From assembly GCA_964495425.1 (NCBI GenBank), contig CAZBVG010000001.1, positions 84,054 through 148,053 of the forward strand: 64,000 nt of DNA, in the 5' to 3' direction. This DNA is from an uncultured Candidatus Saccharibacteria bacterium (GTDB lineage Bacteria > Patescibacteriota > Minisyncoccia > Phycocordibacterales > UBA6065). Positions 48,661 to 58,210 of the stretch are shown piece by piece; within the stretch, counting starts at the first letter, position 1, and the number at the start of each line of letters is the position of its first letter. The translations under genes were made by a program, and so were the position numbers. The notes beneath the pieces were generated by a model. It was not told the DNA's origin, ran no database searches, and was given only the letters and a program-made list of their open reading frames with translations.

Positions 48661-49269
48661 TTACTTCTTGGTTGATACAGGTCGAGTGAGAGTGAGATTC
48701 TCGAGAGCTGCGATAGTTGCTCGTGCAATGTTGAGCTTGTTCTTTGATGGAGAAACAATCTTTGCTGCAACATTTTTAAGACCAGCGAGTTCAAGTACGG
48801 TTCGGGTTGCAGAACCAGCAACAAGACCTCGATCCTTTACAGGGCGGATAGAAACTCGAGCTGATGAATATTTAGCAAACACTTCGTGAGGGATAGACAT
48901 ATCCTTGGTCGTATTGATTTTGACCATATGCTTCTTTGCATTTCGGGTTGCCTTGTCGATAGCGAGTGCTGTATCAGCGGCTTTTCCAAGACCAACACCT
49001 ACCATTCCCTTTCGATTACCTGCAACGAGTGCTACAGAGAAAGCGAATCGTCGTCCACCTGAAACCACTCGGGCTACTCGTCGAATATTAAGCATCACTG
49101 AATCATATTCAGGCTTTGTTCGTGGAGCTCGGGTATCTGGCTTTCGTGGGCCACGTCCTCGTGCGCCGCCTCGAGGAGCTCGTTCACCTCGTGCTTCAGA
49201 AGGTGCTGCTGCAACAGGAGCTACCGCAGCCACTTCAACATTATTTACTTCGTTTACGTCTGGATTCAT
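48661..49269 (-). CDS. rpsE: 30S ribosomal protein S5 with a low-complexity N-terminal extension
   Basis: 202 aa. The S5 dsRBD and C-domain are preceded by about 55 aa of Ala/Pro/Arg-rich sequence. Confidence 0.85.
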   Translation of the reverse strand: MNPDVNEVNNVEVAAVAPVAAAPSEARGERAPRGGARGRGPRKPDTRAPRTKPEYDSVMLNIRRVARVVSGGRRFAFSVALVAGNRKGMVGVGLGKAADTALAIDKATRNAKKHMVKINTTKDMSIPHEVFAKYSSARVSIRPVKDRGLVAGSATRTVLELAGLKNVAAKIVSPSKNKLNIARATIAALENLTLTRPVSTKK

Positions 49270-49277
49270 ATGATTAA

Positions 49278-49637
49278 TTAGAATTTAAGTCCGCCTTCGC
49301 GTGCACCGTCTGCCAAAGACTTCACTCGACCCTTGAAACCGAAACCACCTCGATCAAACACAACTGACTTGATCTTGAGTGCAAGTGCTTTTTCAGCAAT
49401 CGCCTTTCCTACAGCAAATGCAGCGTCGCCCTTCTTTACACCTTTCTTAGCTGCCTTTTTGCCTCCGTGAGAAGAAGCTGAGGCAAGCGTCTTTGATGTC
49501 GTGTCATCGATAAGCTGAGCGTACATGAATCGATTTGATCGGAAGATCGCAAGTCGAGGTGTAGCCGAAGTGCCTGATACGCGAGTTCGTATCTTTGTAT
49601 GTCGTCTTATTCTCTTTTCTTTCTTGATGTTTTTCAT
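49278..49637 (-). CDS. rplR: 50S ribosomal protein L18
   Basis: 119 aa. Confidence 0.85.
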   Translation of the reverse strand: MKNIKKEKRIRRHTKIRTRVSGTSATPRLAIFRSNRFMYAQLIDDTTSKTLASASSHGGKKAAKKGVKKGDAAFAVGKAIAEKALALKIKSVVFDRGGFGFKGRVKSLADGAREGGLKF

Positions 49638-49658
49638 ATGTGAAAATTGAGATTAAGA

Positions 49659-50186
49659 TTACGCTGCTTTCTTACCCTGCTTGCGTCTGATAACTTCACC
49701 ATCATATCGGATACCCTTACCCTTATATGGCTCTGGCTTCTTGAGGGCTCGAACCTTTGATGCGAAACCACCAACTTTCTCGTTAGAGACACCAGAAACG
49801 GTGATAATGTTCTTTTCTGCGGTTACCTTGAGATCCTTTGGAATTTCAATTGAAATTGGGTGTGAAAAACCAAGAGAAAGATCAAGTTTTGCACCCTTAA
49901 CATCTGACTTAAAGCCGATGCCTTCTACAATAAGTTTCTTCTGAAAACCGGTGGTTACACCCTTAATCATATTCTTGATATGAGAAGCGTATGTTCCCCA
50001 GAGCATGTAGTCTTCTGGTCGCTTGAGATTTACAAGGACTGTTCCGTTTTCAACTTTGATTTCAACACCTGACTTGAAATCTCGAACCATTTCACCCAAT
50101 GGTCCTTTAACAGTAAGAGTTGTTCCGTTCATTGCGACGGTGGTCTTCTCTGGAATTATGATTGGCTTTTTTGCTACTCGTGACAT
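49659..50186 (-). CDS. rplF: 50S ribosomal protein L6
   Basis: The start is taken at MSRVAKKPIIIPE. The longer listed ORF start overlaps rpsH. Confidence 0.85.
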   Translation of the reverse strand: MSRVAKKPIIIPEKTTVAMNGTTLTVKGPLGEMVRDFKSGVEIKVENGTVLVNLKRPEDYMLWGTYASHIKNMIKGVTTGFQKKLIVEGIGFKSDVKGAKLDLSLGFSHPISIEIPKDLKVTAEKNIITVSGVSNEKVGGFASKVRALKKPEPYKGKGIRYDGEVIRRKQGKKAA

Positions 50187-50208
50187 TGTAGTGTTGTTAT
50201 TAAAAGTA

Positions 50209-50598
50209 TTACCAGATCTGGAAGAGAATTTCACCGCCGACCTTTTCTTTTCGAACTTCATCATCCGAAAGGATACCCTTTGGAGTAGAGACGAATGTTG
50301 AACCGTAGCCCTGCTTTACCTGATGAATTTCAGAATAGCCTTTGTAGAGTCGCTTTGAAGGCTTTGAAAGTCGCTTCACATCGGTGATGCGAGGATTCTT
50401 ACCGTTGTAGATAATGCCAATCTCGAGAGTCTTCTGAACCGCCTTACCCTTCTTAACAGGAGGCTTAACATATCCCTTTCGAGCGAGAGCTTCTGCTACT
50501 TTCTCAATAAAGTTTGAGTGCGCGATTGTAACCGCATCCTTGCCTGCGCGAGATGCGTTCTTGAGTTGAATGATGAGATGTGAGATTGAGTCTTGCAT
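50209..50598 (-). CDS. rpsH: 30S ribosomal protein S8
   Basis: 129 aa. Confidence 0.85.
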   Translation of the reverse strand: MQDSISHLIIQLKNASRAGKDAVTIAHSNFIEKVAEALARKGYVKPPVKKGKAVQKTLEIGIIYNGKNPRITDVKRLSKPSKRLYKGYSEIHQVKQGYGSTFVSTPKGILSDDEVRKEKVGGEILFQIW

Positions 50599-50669
50599 AT
50601 TCGTTAGCGTCTAGGTTTGGGTCGTAACTTATGTGATCATCCCTTACCTACTGCCTAATTAATAAATGT

Positions 50670-50855
50670 TTACCAAGAAGACTTTTTAATACCTGGAATG
50701 AGACCGTCATTCGCAAGTTCCCGGAAGCAGATTCGGCACATACCGAAGTCTCGCATAAAACCATTCTTTCGTCCGCAACGGAAACAACGTCGAACAATTC
50801 TCGATGAGAACTTCGGTTTCTTGTTTGCTCGTGCAACTACTGATGTTTTAGCCAT
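50670..50855 (-). CDS. rpsZ: 30S ribosomal protein S14, type Z (zinc-binding, 61 aa)
   Basis: [46 protein letters not shown], with CxxC...CxxC. Confidence 0.85.
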   Translation of the reverse strand: MAKTSVVARANKKPKFSSRIVRRCFRCGRKNGFMRDFGMCRICFRELANDGLIPGIKKSSW

Positions 50856-50949
50856 ATTCTGCTGAGGTAAAATAAAAAGCCCTTGAAAAAGCTTGTCCAG
50901 GCATACTAGCAAACAGTTTTAAGGGTGTCAAATACCTTCATGCTGATAT

Positions 50950-50976
50950 AAAAAGCCCCGTTGAAACGGGGCTACT
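50950..50976 (-). terminator. Intrinsic terminator immediately after the inserted ORF
   Basis: On the minus transcript the sequence is GCCCCGUUUCAACGGGGC followed by UUUUUAU. Confidence 0.55.
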
Positions 50977-50977
50977 C

Positions 50978-51406
50978 TTACTCTTTTTGAGTGCTTTTCT
51001 TACTTGGAGCAGGATAGGTTGGCTCGTGGCGGGCAACGAACTCTTCACCCTCACGGAATGGCATGAGCCAGCAAAAACCCGAAAGATACCGGTCATGAAT
51101 GAGAATACACTCAGGATCATCATCTCCCATGCACTCAATGGAATTTTCATTTCCATAGCGTGCCTGCAAATAATGCAAAAGCGTTTTCATACTTAGATTC
51201 TGATCCAGAACGACCGTCCACCCTACTGTGACACCCACAGGTTCATTATTTCGGAAGTAATATCCAAAAAACCGAGGCGGTATAAATGTGCCAGAACATC
51301 GAAGCAGCTTGAGCTGCTCATTTACATATCCCACAAAACCACACCGGTATGGAAAATCGAACCGTAGAGGAAAACATTCAAAGGGAATGATATGTGTGTT
51401 TTTCAT
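50978..51406 (-). CDS. Hypothetical protein inserted between rplE and rpsZ
   Basis: A 142-aa ORF in the same orientation as the operon. GC-rich, around 57%. Cys-, Phe- and Tyr-rich with no motif. Terminators flank it on both sides. Confidence 0.45.
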   Translation of the reverse strand: MKNTHIIPFECFPLRFDFPYRCGFVGYVNEQLKLLRCSGTFIPPRFFGYYFRNNEPVGVTVGWTVVLDQNLSMKTLLHYLQARYGNENSIECMGDDDPECILIHDRYLSGFCWLMPFREGEEFVARHEPTYPAPSKKSTQKE

Positions 51407-51460
51407 GTAAAAGTAATCTCGTCCTATAATGCCAAGAATCGCGAACGTGTCAATTACAAG

Positions 51461-51490
51461 AAAAAACCACCTTGTCGGTGGTTTTTTCTT
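51461..51490 (-). terminator. Intrinsic terminator after rplE
   Basis: On the minus transcript the sequence is AACCACCGACAAGGUGGUU followed by UUUUUCUU. Confidence 0.55.
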
Positions 51491-51495
51491 GTAAT

Positions 51496-52050
51496 TTACT
51501 TCGCTGCTCCGTCTTTCTTGATTGGGAATCCGAGAATTTCGAGGAATTTCTTGGTCTGTTCCTTTTCTTTGAGGTTAGTAACAACTGTTACACCGAGACC
51601 GAATACATCCTTGAGTTCTTCTTCAGATGTTTCTGGGAAGATTGAGTGTTCCTTGATACCGATTGAGTATCCACCCATTCCGTCAGCTGAGGTTGAAGGA
51701 AGCCCACGGAAGTCCTTTGTTCGAGGAAGTGCAATGTGCACGAGCTTCTCGAGGAAGTGCCACATCTTTTCTCCTCGGAGAGTTACCTGGTAACCCATTG
51801 GATCTCCTTCTCGTGACTTGAAAGAAGCAATAGACTTTTTTGCACCTCGGAGAACTGGCTTCTGACCAGTGATTTTCATAATTCGATCGCCGGCGAGTTC
51901 AACCTTCTTCTTGTCCTTGAATGAACCAACACCTACAGATACAACAACCTTAAGTACCTTTGGTGCCTGCATTGCATTTTCAAGCTTGAACGACTTCTTC
52001 ATCGTTTCAAATGCGTGTGCCTGCTTTTCTTTGAGAGTATGAGTTTTCAT
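51496..52050 (-). CDS. rplE: 50S ribosomal protein L5
   Basis: 184 aa. Confidence 0.9.
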   Translation of the reverse strand: MKTHTLKEKQAHAFETMKKSFKLENAMQAPKVLKVVVSVGVGSFKDKKKVELAGDRIMKITGQKPVLRGAKKSIASFKSREGDPMGYQVTLRGEKMWHFLEKLVHIALPRTKDFRGLPSTSADGMGGYSIGIKEHSIFPETSEEELKDVFGLGVTVVTNLKEKEQTKKFLEILGFPIKKDGAAK

Positions 52051-52069
52051 AAAAGTATTCTAGGAAAGA

Positions 52070-52285
52070 TTATTTCTTCGCGACGTTAGATGCGTGAAGC
52101 GGCATTTCCTTATCGACAACCTGGCCCTTGCTTCCCTGCTTTGTAGGGCGCATATGTCGCTTCATCTTGTTAACACCAGAAACAACAACTTTATTTTCCT
52201 TAGGAAAAGCGTGAATAACTTCACCAGTTGCTCCCTTGTCTTTGCCTGCGAGTACCACTACCTTGTCTCCTTTTTTGATATGCAT
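52070..52285 (-). CDS. rplX: 50S ribosomal protein L24 (short form)
   Basis: 71 aa with the KOW motif [14 protein letters not shown]. Confidence 0.8.
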   Translation of the reverse strand: MHIKKGDKVVVLAGKDKGATGEVIHAFPKENKVVVSGVNKMKRHMRPTKQGSKGQVVDKEMPLHASNVAKK

Positions 52286-52306
52286 AGAAGTATTTGTTAG
52301 TGGTTA

Positions 52307-52678
52307 TTAAACGATTTCTGCCGCTCGAGAAGCGATAGTCTGGAAACCTTTCTCAGCGATTTCTCGTGGAATAGGACCGAATACTCGACCAGCAAGAGGC
52401 TCCTTCTTACCCTTTTCAAGGATAACGACTGCATTTTCATCAAATCGGATGTATGAGCCATCCTTTCGCTTGGTTGCATTCACAGATCGAACAACTACTG
52501 CGTGGAGCACATCCTTCTTCTTAACAGACTTTCGTGGTTCTGCTTTCTGAACTGAAAGCACAACAATATCTCCTACCATTGCGTAGCGCTTTGCTGCTGA
52601 TCCGAGCACTTTGAAAATTCGTCCGATCTTTGCACCGGAGTTGTCAGCGATTATTACTATTGAGCGTGGTTGTAGCAT
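52307..52678 (-). CDS. rplN: 50S ribosomal protein L14
   Basis: 123 aa. Confidence 0.9.
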   Translation of the reverse strand: MLQPRSIVIIADNSGAKIGRIFKVLGSAAKRYAMVGDIVVLSVQKAEPRKSVKKKDVLHAVVVRSVNATKRKDGSYIRFDENAVVILEKGKKEPLAGRVFGPIPREIAEKGFQTIASRAAEIV

Positions 52679-52696
52679 GGTAGTTGTTGTTAAAAA

Positions 52697-52981
52697 TTAG
52701 AGAACCTTGAAATGCTTGTCCTTAGAGATAGGAGCACATTCAACGATCTCGACCTTATCACCTTCCTTCTTGGTGTTACCTGCATCGTGAGCCTTGTACT
52801 TCTTTGAGATCTTGAGGAATCGCTCGTACTTTGAGTGCTTTACGAATCGGTCAACCTTAACAACGATGGTGTCTTTCATCTTTGTTGAAGTTACGATACC
52901 AGAAAGTACCTTTGGTCGAGTATTTGAAGCCTCAGCCTTTACTTCCTTCTTCGTTTCGGTTTTTTTGCTAAATAGAGACAT
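52697..52981 (-). CDS. rpsQ: 30S ribosomal protein S17
   Basis: 94 aa. Confidence 0.85.
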   Translation of the reverse strand: MSLFSKKTETKKEVKAEASNTRPKVLSGIVTSTKMKDTIVVKVDRFVKHSKYERFLKISKKYKAHDAGNTKKEGDKVEIVECAPISKDKHFKVL

Positions 52982-52992
52982 GGTTTTGTAGA

Positions 52993-53418
52993 TTAGAGGA
53001 GTTCTCGAGAAATTACAACTGATTTAACAGGAAGCTTCGTTCCGCCCTTTCGGAGAGCTTCTCGAGCCATCTTCTCGTCAACACCGTCAACTTCGAAGAG
53101 AACACGACCTGGTTTTACTGGTGCGCAGTACCCCTGGAGGTCTCCCTTACCCTTTCCGAGCTTTACTTCGGCAGGCTTCTGGGTGTATGGCATATCTGGG
53201 AAGATTCGAATCCAAATCTTTCCGTTCTTACCTACTTCTCGAGAGATAACCTTTCGAGCTGATTCGATCTGCTCAGAGCGAATTCGCTCAGCTGAAATAG
53301 CCTTAAGACCAAATGATCCGAATGAGAGGGTTGTGCCGCGAGTTTCGAATCCAACCTTCTTTGGATTCTTTCGCATGACGTGCCACTTACGATATTTAAC
53401 TTTTTTAGGGACTAGCAT
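52993..53418 (-). CDS. rplP: 50S ribosomal protein L16
   Basis: 141 aa. Only 11 nt separate it from rpsQ, and no rpmC lies between. Confidence 0.9.
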   Translation of the reverse strand: MLVPKKVKYRKWHVMRKNPKKVGFETRGTTLSFGSFGLKAISAERIRSEQIESARKVISREVGKNGKIWIRIFPDMPYTQKPAEVKLGKGKGDLQGYCAPVKPGRVLFEVDGVDEKMAREALRKGGTKLPVKSVVISRELL

Positions 53419-53429
53419 GGCAGTTTAAA

Positions 53430-54101
53430 TTATTTCTTATCTTTATTGAAAACTTCGCCCTTGTAGATCCAGACCTTGATACCGATATCACCGTAGGTCA
53501 TGTGAGCCTTTTCTCGAGCAAAGTCGATGTCAGCGCGGAATGTCTGAAGAGGAACCTGACCCTTCTTCATATCTTCTACACGTGCCATTTCTGCGCCACC
53601 AAGTCGACCACCAAGGAAGATTCGAACTCCCTTAACTTCTCGGTTAGCCATTACTTTCTCAACCATCTGCTTCATAACTCGGCGGAATGGAAGTCGCTTT
53701 TCAAGACCTTCTGCGATCATGTACGCAACGATAGCTGCATTTGATTCTGGAGATCGGATTTCTTCGATATCAATTTTAAGGTCCTGGCCCTTAGCAAGCT
53801 TTGAACCATTCTTCTGCATGAAAGCGAGGATATCTGCCTTGAGCTTTGTTGCTCCCTCACCCTGTCGGCCAATGATAACGCCTGGTCGTGAAGTCTTGAT
53901 GATAACTCGAATAGCCTTCTCGTTTCGTTCGATATCTACGGTAGCAACATACATGCCTCGGAACTTCTTTGAGAGGTATTCTCGCAAGAGAACATCTGAC
54001 TTGAGATATTCCTGATACTTTCCTTTTGCTGCAAACCAGCGAGATTTCCAGTCTCTGATGATTCCAAGTCTATGAGCGTATGGGTGAACAACTTTTGACA
54101 T
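53430..54101 (-). CDS. rpsC: 30S ribosomal protein S3
   Basis: 223 aa, KH domain. Confidence 0.9.
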   Translation of the reverse strand: MSKVVHPYAHRLGIIRDWKSRWFAAKGKYQEYLKSDVLLREYLSKKFRGMYVATVDIERNEKAIRVIIKTSRPGVIIGRQGEGATKLKADILAFMQKNGSKLAKGQDLKIDIEEIRSPESNAAIVAYMIAEGLEKRLPFRRVMKQMVEKVMANREVKGVRIFLGGRLGGAEMARVEDMKKGQVPLQTFRADIDFAREKAHMTYGDIGIKVWIYKGEVFNKDKK

Positions 54102-54105
54102 ATGT

Positions 54106-54492
54106 TTACTTGGTTTCTTTATTAGCTTTTGCCTTTGGAGCTGCGATGACCTTTGACTTCTTTGGTGCCTTCACATCCAAAACAAGCTTTACATGGCTCG
54201 TTTTCTTGTGAATTGGAAAACCTGTTCCTCGAGCACCTGGCATGAATCGCTTCATGGTAAGGCCCTGGTTTACGGTGCACTCCTTTACATAGAGACCTTC
54301 TGTTGAGACACCCTTATTCTTTGCGTTAGCAATTGCAGAGTTAAGGAGCTTCACCATTGGATCAGAAGCTCGCTTGGTTGTAACCATAAGCGTATTGAGG
54401 GCAGCAGGTACGCTCTTTCCCTTGATCAAATCTGCGACAAGGCGGACTTTTCGAGGTGACTGACGATAGTTTGTGAGGGATGCTGTAACCAT
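54106..54492 (-). CDS. rplV: 50S ribosomal protein L22
   Basis: 128 aa. Confidence 0.85.
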   Translation of the reverse strand: MVTASLTNYRQSPRKVRLVADLIKGKSVPAALNTLMVTTKRASDPMVKLLNSAIANAKNKGVSTEGLYVKECTVNQGLTMKRFMPGARGTGFPIHKKTSHVKLVLDVKAPKKSKVIAAPKAKANKETK

Positions 54493-54497
54493 ATATT

Positions 54498-54845
54498 TTA
54501 TTTATCCTTCTTTTCAGCAGCAGCGCCCTTTGCAGCCTGAGCAGCAGCAATTTCACCTTCCTTCTTCTTCTGTTCGAGTTCCTTCTGCATCTTACCGCCG
54601 TGCTTGGTGAACTTGCGGGTCAAAGAAAATTCGCCGAGTCTGTGTCCCACCATATCCTCTGACACAAGTACCTCGACGAAGTCTTTACCGTTATGAACGC
54701 CAAACTTAAAGCCGACCATTTCAGGTGAAATGTGGCATGCTCGGAGCCAGGTCTTAATAACCCCAGTTGTCTGAGGTTTCTTTCCTTCGATCTTCTTGAG
54801 AAGTCGTGGATCTACGTTTGGTCCTTTTGAAAGGGATCGGGTCAT
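54498..54845 (-). CDS. rpsS: 30S ribosomal protein S19 with an Ala/Lys-rich C-terminal tail
   Basis: 115 aa. Confidence 0.85.
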   Translation of the reverse strand: MTRSLSKGPNVDPRLLKKIEGKKPQTTGVIKTWLRACHISPEMVGFKFGVHNGKDFVEVLVSEDMVGHRLGEFSLTRKFTKHGGKMQKELEQKKKEGEIAAAQAAKGAAAEKKDK

Positions 54846-55038
54846 GGAATTTTAGTTTCTGGCAATGAATTACAGCTCGGGCGTCTGGGCTATAGTTGCT
54901 AGAACAACTGTAGTGAAGCAAAAATCTAGGTTTTACCCTAGATTCCTGGTCTAGTGCCCATTCCGAAGCTAGTGTGAGTATCCTAACAGAACGAGTTTTA
55001 AAGTCAAATATATTCCGAAAAATCCTTACAATTCTTTG

Positions 55039-55911
55039 CTAATCGCATGAATATCGCGAAGCATCTAAATAGTGAACCGCAGCTGCTGCATGCACAGTTC
55101 CTAGACCGGGCCCAGTCTCATAAATGTTATCGCATAATCCCCCATCTCTTTGCATGAGACCATCATTTGCCTCGAGTTTTGTATACAAAATATATGACTG
55201 AGAACCGATAAGTGGATCGTTAGGCGCCTCGTACACATACATATGGAATGTACCTGGCGTGCTGCCAGTATTTAATGGATCAAGAGGAACTGATGGCAGA
55301 AAACCCTCATTAACTAAATTTCCGGTGCCATCAACTGGACAGTACGGAGACATTGATGGATCAGTATTCATCTTTAAGAAATATTGCGGTACGACTGACC
55401 AAGCAAAATTATTTAGATTAGGGGTATTACCGTTATATGACCACAATGCGTAGCACGGATAATGCCCGTGCGCATCATAGAAAAATTCCATAGCGGTTTT
55501 AATGGTATTCAAATCTCGTAAACGCGCAGAATCACGAGATTTCTGTCGAGCTGAATTAAACGACGTCATCACTATCGTTGCCAAAATGCCAATAATCGCG
55601 ATGACAACCAAGAGCTCAAGGATAGTAAATCCCCTTTTGAATGTTTTACTATGAAACTTATCGAGTTTTCGCGTGACCGCCAATAGGAGTACAACGATTA
55701 TATAAGTCCCTACCACCTCAAGAGGAATGACATAACGTGAATCAAAAACAAAAGGCAAAACGACCGCGAGAATGAACACATACACCGTCCATGCCATGAC
55801 ATATACCTCCCCAAACCGCGCGTGCGCGTGGTGCTGCTTAAAGCGCAAAGATTCCTTTTCTACACAATAAATGATGAGTACAGAACAATATATGGTGGCA
55901 ATAATGCTCAT
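55039..55911 (-). CDS. Type IV pilin / pseudopilin-like protein inserted between rplB and rpsS (5' end uncertain)
   Basis: It contains KRG|FTILELLVVIAIIGILATIV, the prepilin peptidase cleavage and N-methylation motif, followed by a roughly 200-aa globular domain with C-terminal Cys pairs. The open frame continues upstream through three or four TM helices and into rplB. The start was placed at the first in-frame ATG downstream of rplB. A TTG start at 55683 would give a short leader. Confidence 0.55.
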   Translation of the reverse strand: MSIIATIYCSVLIIYCVEKESLRFKQHHAHARFGEVYVMAWTVYVFILAVVLPFVFDSRYVIPLEVVGTYIIVVLLLAVTRKLDKFHSKTFKRGFTILELLVVIAIIGILATIVMTSFNSARQKSRDSARLRDLNTIKTAMEFFYDAHGHYPCYALWSYNGNTPNLNNFAWSVVPQYFLKMNTDPSMSPYCPVDGTGNLVNEGFLPSVPLDPLNTGSTPGTFHMYVYEAPNDPLIGSQSYILYTKLEANDGLMQRDGGLCDNIYETGPGLGTVHAAAAVHYLDASRYSCD

Positions 55912-56125
55912 TACCCCCGTCTGAACGAGGAGTCCTTTTGTGTACACATCGTATGCAACAAGCACGAAAAAAACGGCGGCCCAAAAATTGGCGAAAAGTC
56001 GCCAAAAACGAATAGTACAGATCTTCTCAAAAAATTTTGAACGATGCCTCACACATGAATTGTAACATGTGCTTGGTATGTATAGACAAACAAAAACGGC
56101 CCTTGTTGGGCCGCTTTTGCGAGTA

Positions 56126-56980
56126 TTACTGAACGTTGTTTCGATCCTTTCCAACCTTTCGGCGAGAAACGATGAATACGTTTGAGTACTTCTTTGGAGT
56201 TCGAGTCTTCTGTCCCTTACCTGCTGGCTTACCCCATCGAGTCTTAAGTCTTCGGAGACCTCGTCCCTGTCGTCCTTCTCCACCACCGTATGGATGGTCT
56301 ACTGGGTTCTGAGCAGTACCTCGAACGGTTGGTCGAATACCAAGCCATCGTGATCGTCCTGCTTTACCAGAGTTAACGAGCCAATGCTCATCGTTAGAAA
56401 CGGTACCTACAGTTGCGTAGCACTCTTCATGAACTCGTCGCACTTCAGAAGAAGGCATCTTGATCATAGTGTAGCTCTGGTCGTTACCGATAACCTGAGC
56501 GAAGATTCCAGCTGCTCGAGCTGCTTTTGCGCCAGAATTTGGCTTGAGCTCAATATTGTACACAAAGGTACCTACAGGGATCTTCTTGAGTGGAAGTGCG
56601 TTACCTGGCAAAAGTGGTGCCTGTGCGCCCGCCACGATCGTTGTACCTGGTTTTACGCCCTTTGGAAGGAGAACATATCGTCGTTCACCATCTCGATATG
56701 CTACAAGTCCAATGAAACCTGATCGGTTTGGATCGTATTCAACTGATTTAACAGTTGCTGGAATATCTCGCTTGTCATACGCGAATGACACATCTCGGTA
56801 GAGTCGCTTGTGTCCACCTCCCTTGTGTCGAACCGTAACTCGTCCGAATGAGTTTCGTCCTACATCTCGCTTTCGTCCGAATGTAAGTGACTTTTCAGGA
56901 TCCTTCTTCGTGATGTACTGCTTGAAGTCGATGGTCTGCATCTGACGACGTCCTGGGCTTGTTGGTCTATATGTTTTCAT
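56126..56980 (-). CDS. rplB: 50S ribosomal protein L2
   Basis: 284 aa. Confidence 0.9.
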   Translation of the reverse strand: MKTYRPTSPGRRQMQTIDFKQYITKKDPEKSLTFGRKRDVGRNSFGRVTVRHKGGGHKRLYRDVSFAYDKRDIPATVKSVEYDPNRSGFIGLVAYRDGERRYVLLPKGVKPGTTIVAGAQAPLLPGNALPLKKIPVGTFVYNIELKPNSGAKAARAAGIFAQVIGNDQSYTMIKMPSSEVRRVHEECYATVGTVSNDEHWLVNSGKAGRSRWLGIRPTVRGTAQNPVDHPYGGGEGRQGRGLRRLKTRWGKPAGKGQKTRTPKKYSNVFIVSRRKVGKDRNNVQ

Positions 56981-56998
56981 ATATGTGGATTAATAAAA

Positions 56999-57460
56999 TT
57001 AAATGAATTCAATGGTCTCGCCCTTCTTGATATAGACGTACGCCTTCTTGCCAGAAACAGTTCGACCTGACTTACCGCGAGCAAACATTGTCTTTGACTT
57101 TACTGGAGCTACAGACACTCGTACTGGAGTAACCTTATACGCTGCCTTGATCGCGTCAGAGATCTGTCGAGTGTTTGCGTCAACTCGAACATCAAACGTA
57201 TATACTCCATTCTGTGAGAGAAGTCCTGCCTTTTCAGTAACTCGTGGCTTTATAACCGCTGAGTTCTTTGGAAACACAACACCTGCTGCTGCAGCTGCGC
57301 GTTTCTCATTCTTTGACTCAGCCTTCTTTTCCTTAACAACCTTTTCAGTCTTCACCTTCTTTGGCTCAACAACCTTGGTTGCCTTAACAGGCTTTGCGAG
57401 CTTTGTTTCACCCGCTGTTGTGCTACCAGCCTTTTTTCTCTGTGTGTTAAATAGCGACAT
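56999..57460 (-). CDS. rplW: 50S ribosomal protein L23 with a Lys-rich N-terminal extension
   Basis: The L23 core is at the C-terminus, preceded by about 60 aa of Lys/Ala/Val-rich low-complexity sequence. The start was taken at MSLFNTQ to avoid overlap with rplD. Confidence 0.75.
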   Translation of the reverse strand: MSLFNTQRKKAGSTTAGETKLAKPVKATKVVEPKKVKTEKVVKEKKAESKNEKRAAAAAGVVFPKNSAVIKPRVTEKAGLLSQNGVYTFDVRVDANTRQISDAIKAAYKVTPVRVSVAPVKSKTMFARGKSGRTVSGKKAYVYIKKGETIEFI

Positions 57461-57461
57461 G

Positions 57462-58199
57462 TTAGTTGAGTTTATTTTCAATAAGTTTGATTGATTCGAC
57501 CGGATTCTCGATAACAACGTAGGTATACTTCAAAAGATCCAAAAGGTTTATGTTTCGAACCTCATCAACCATAACCGAACCAACGTTTCGGAAGCTCTTC
57601 TCAGTATTCACATCTTTCTTTGAAAGACCGATGAATGCTGAATTCTTTCGCTTTGTTGCAAGCTTTTCAAAACCCTTTGCCTTTGAGAGACCTTCGAGTG
57701 CTGCAACTGCCTCAGCTGTCTTTGGAGCATTGAATGAAAGTGAATCAACAAAGAGCACTTCGCCATCCTTGTACTTCTTTGAGAGAAGTGTGAGGAATGC
57801 CTTAGCCTTCATTGTCTTGTTAACCTTTCGGTCGTAGTTCTTATCATTTCGAGGACCATGAGCAATACCTCCACCTACCCAGATCGGTGATCGAGTAGAT
57901 CCGTGTCGAGCACGACCTGTACCCTTCTGTCTCCATGGCTTCTTACCACCTCCAGATACCTCACCTCGAGTCTTGGTGTGAGCAATGTTCTGTCGAGCTG
58001 TCGACATCATTGAGTGCATAACCTGATGAACGAGGTCAGCATTCCAAGAAAGACCAAAAGCCTTTTCTGAAAGCTGCACTGTTCCCGCTGATGCGCCTTT
58101 GATATTAAAGATTGGTGCTTCCATAGATGCGTTCTCCTTTGCCACCTTTGGTGCCTTTACTGTCTTTGTTACTGCCTTTTTTGTTGTTGTAGTTTTCAT
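57462..58199 (-). CDS. rplD: 50S ribosomal protein L4
   Basis: 245 aa. Confidence 0.85.
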   Translation of the reverse strand: MKTTTTKKAVTKTVKAPKVAKENASMEAPIFNIKGASAGTVQLSEKAFGLSWNADLVHQVMHSMMSTARQNIAHTKTRGEVSGGGKKPWRQKGTGRARHGSTRSPIWVGGGIAHGPRNDKNYDRKVNKTMKAKAFLTLLSKKYKDGEVLFVDSLSFNAPKTAEAVAALEGLSKAKGFEKLATKRKNSAFIGLSKKDVNTEKSFRNVGSVMVDEVRNINLLDLLKYTYVVIENPVESIKLIENKLN

Positions 58200-58210
58200 G
58201 GTGGTTATGA

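Noticed and set aside
48905-49273. 122-aa Arg/Ala/Pro-rich ORF antisense to rpsE
   Set aside because: It is a mirror image of the low-complexity S5 N-terminal extension. It is a compositional artefact.
56126-56286. N-terminal about 55 codons of ORF 55039..56286 overlapping rplB
   Set aside because: An overlap of 160 nt with the 3' end of the highly conserved rplB is implausible. The start was moved downstream.
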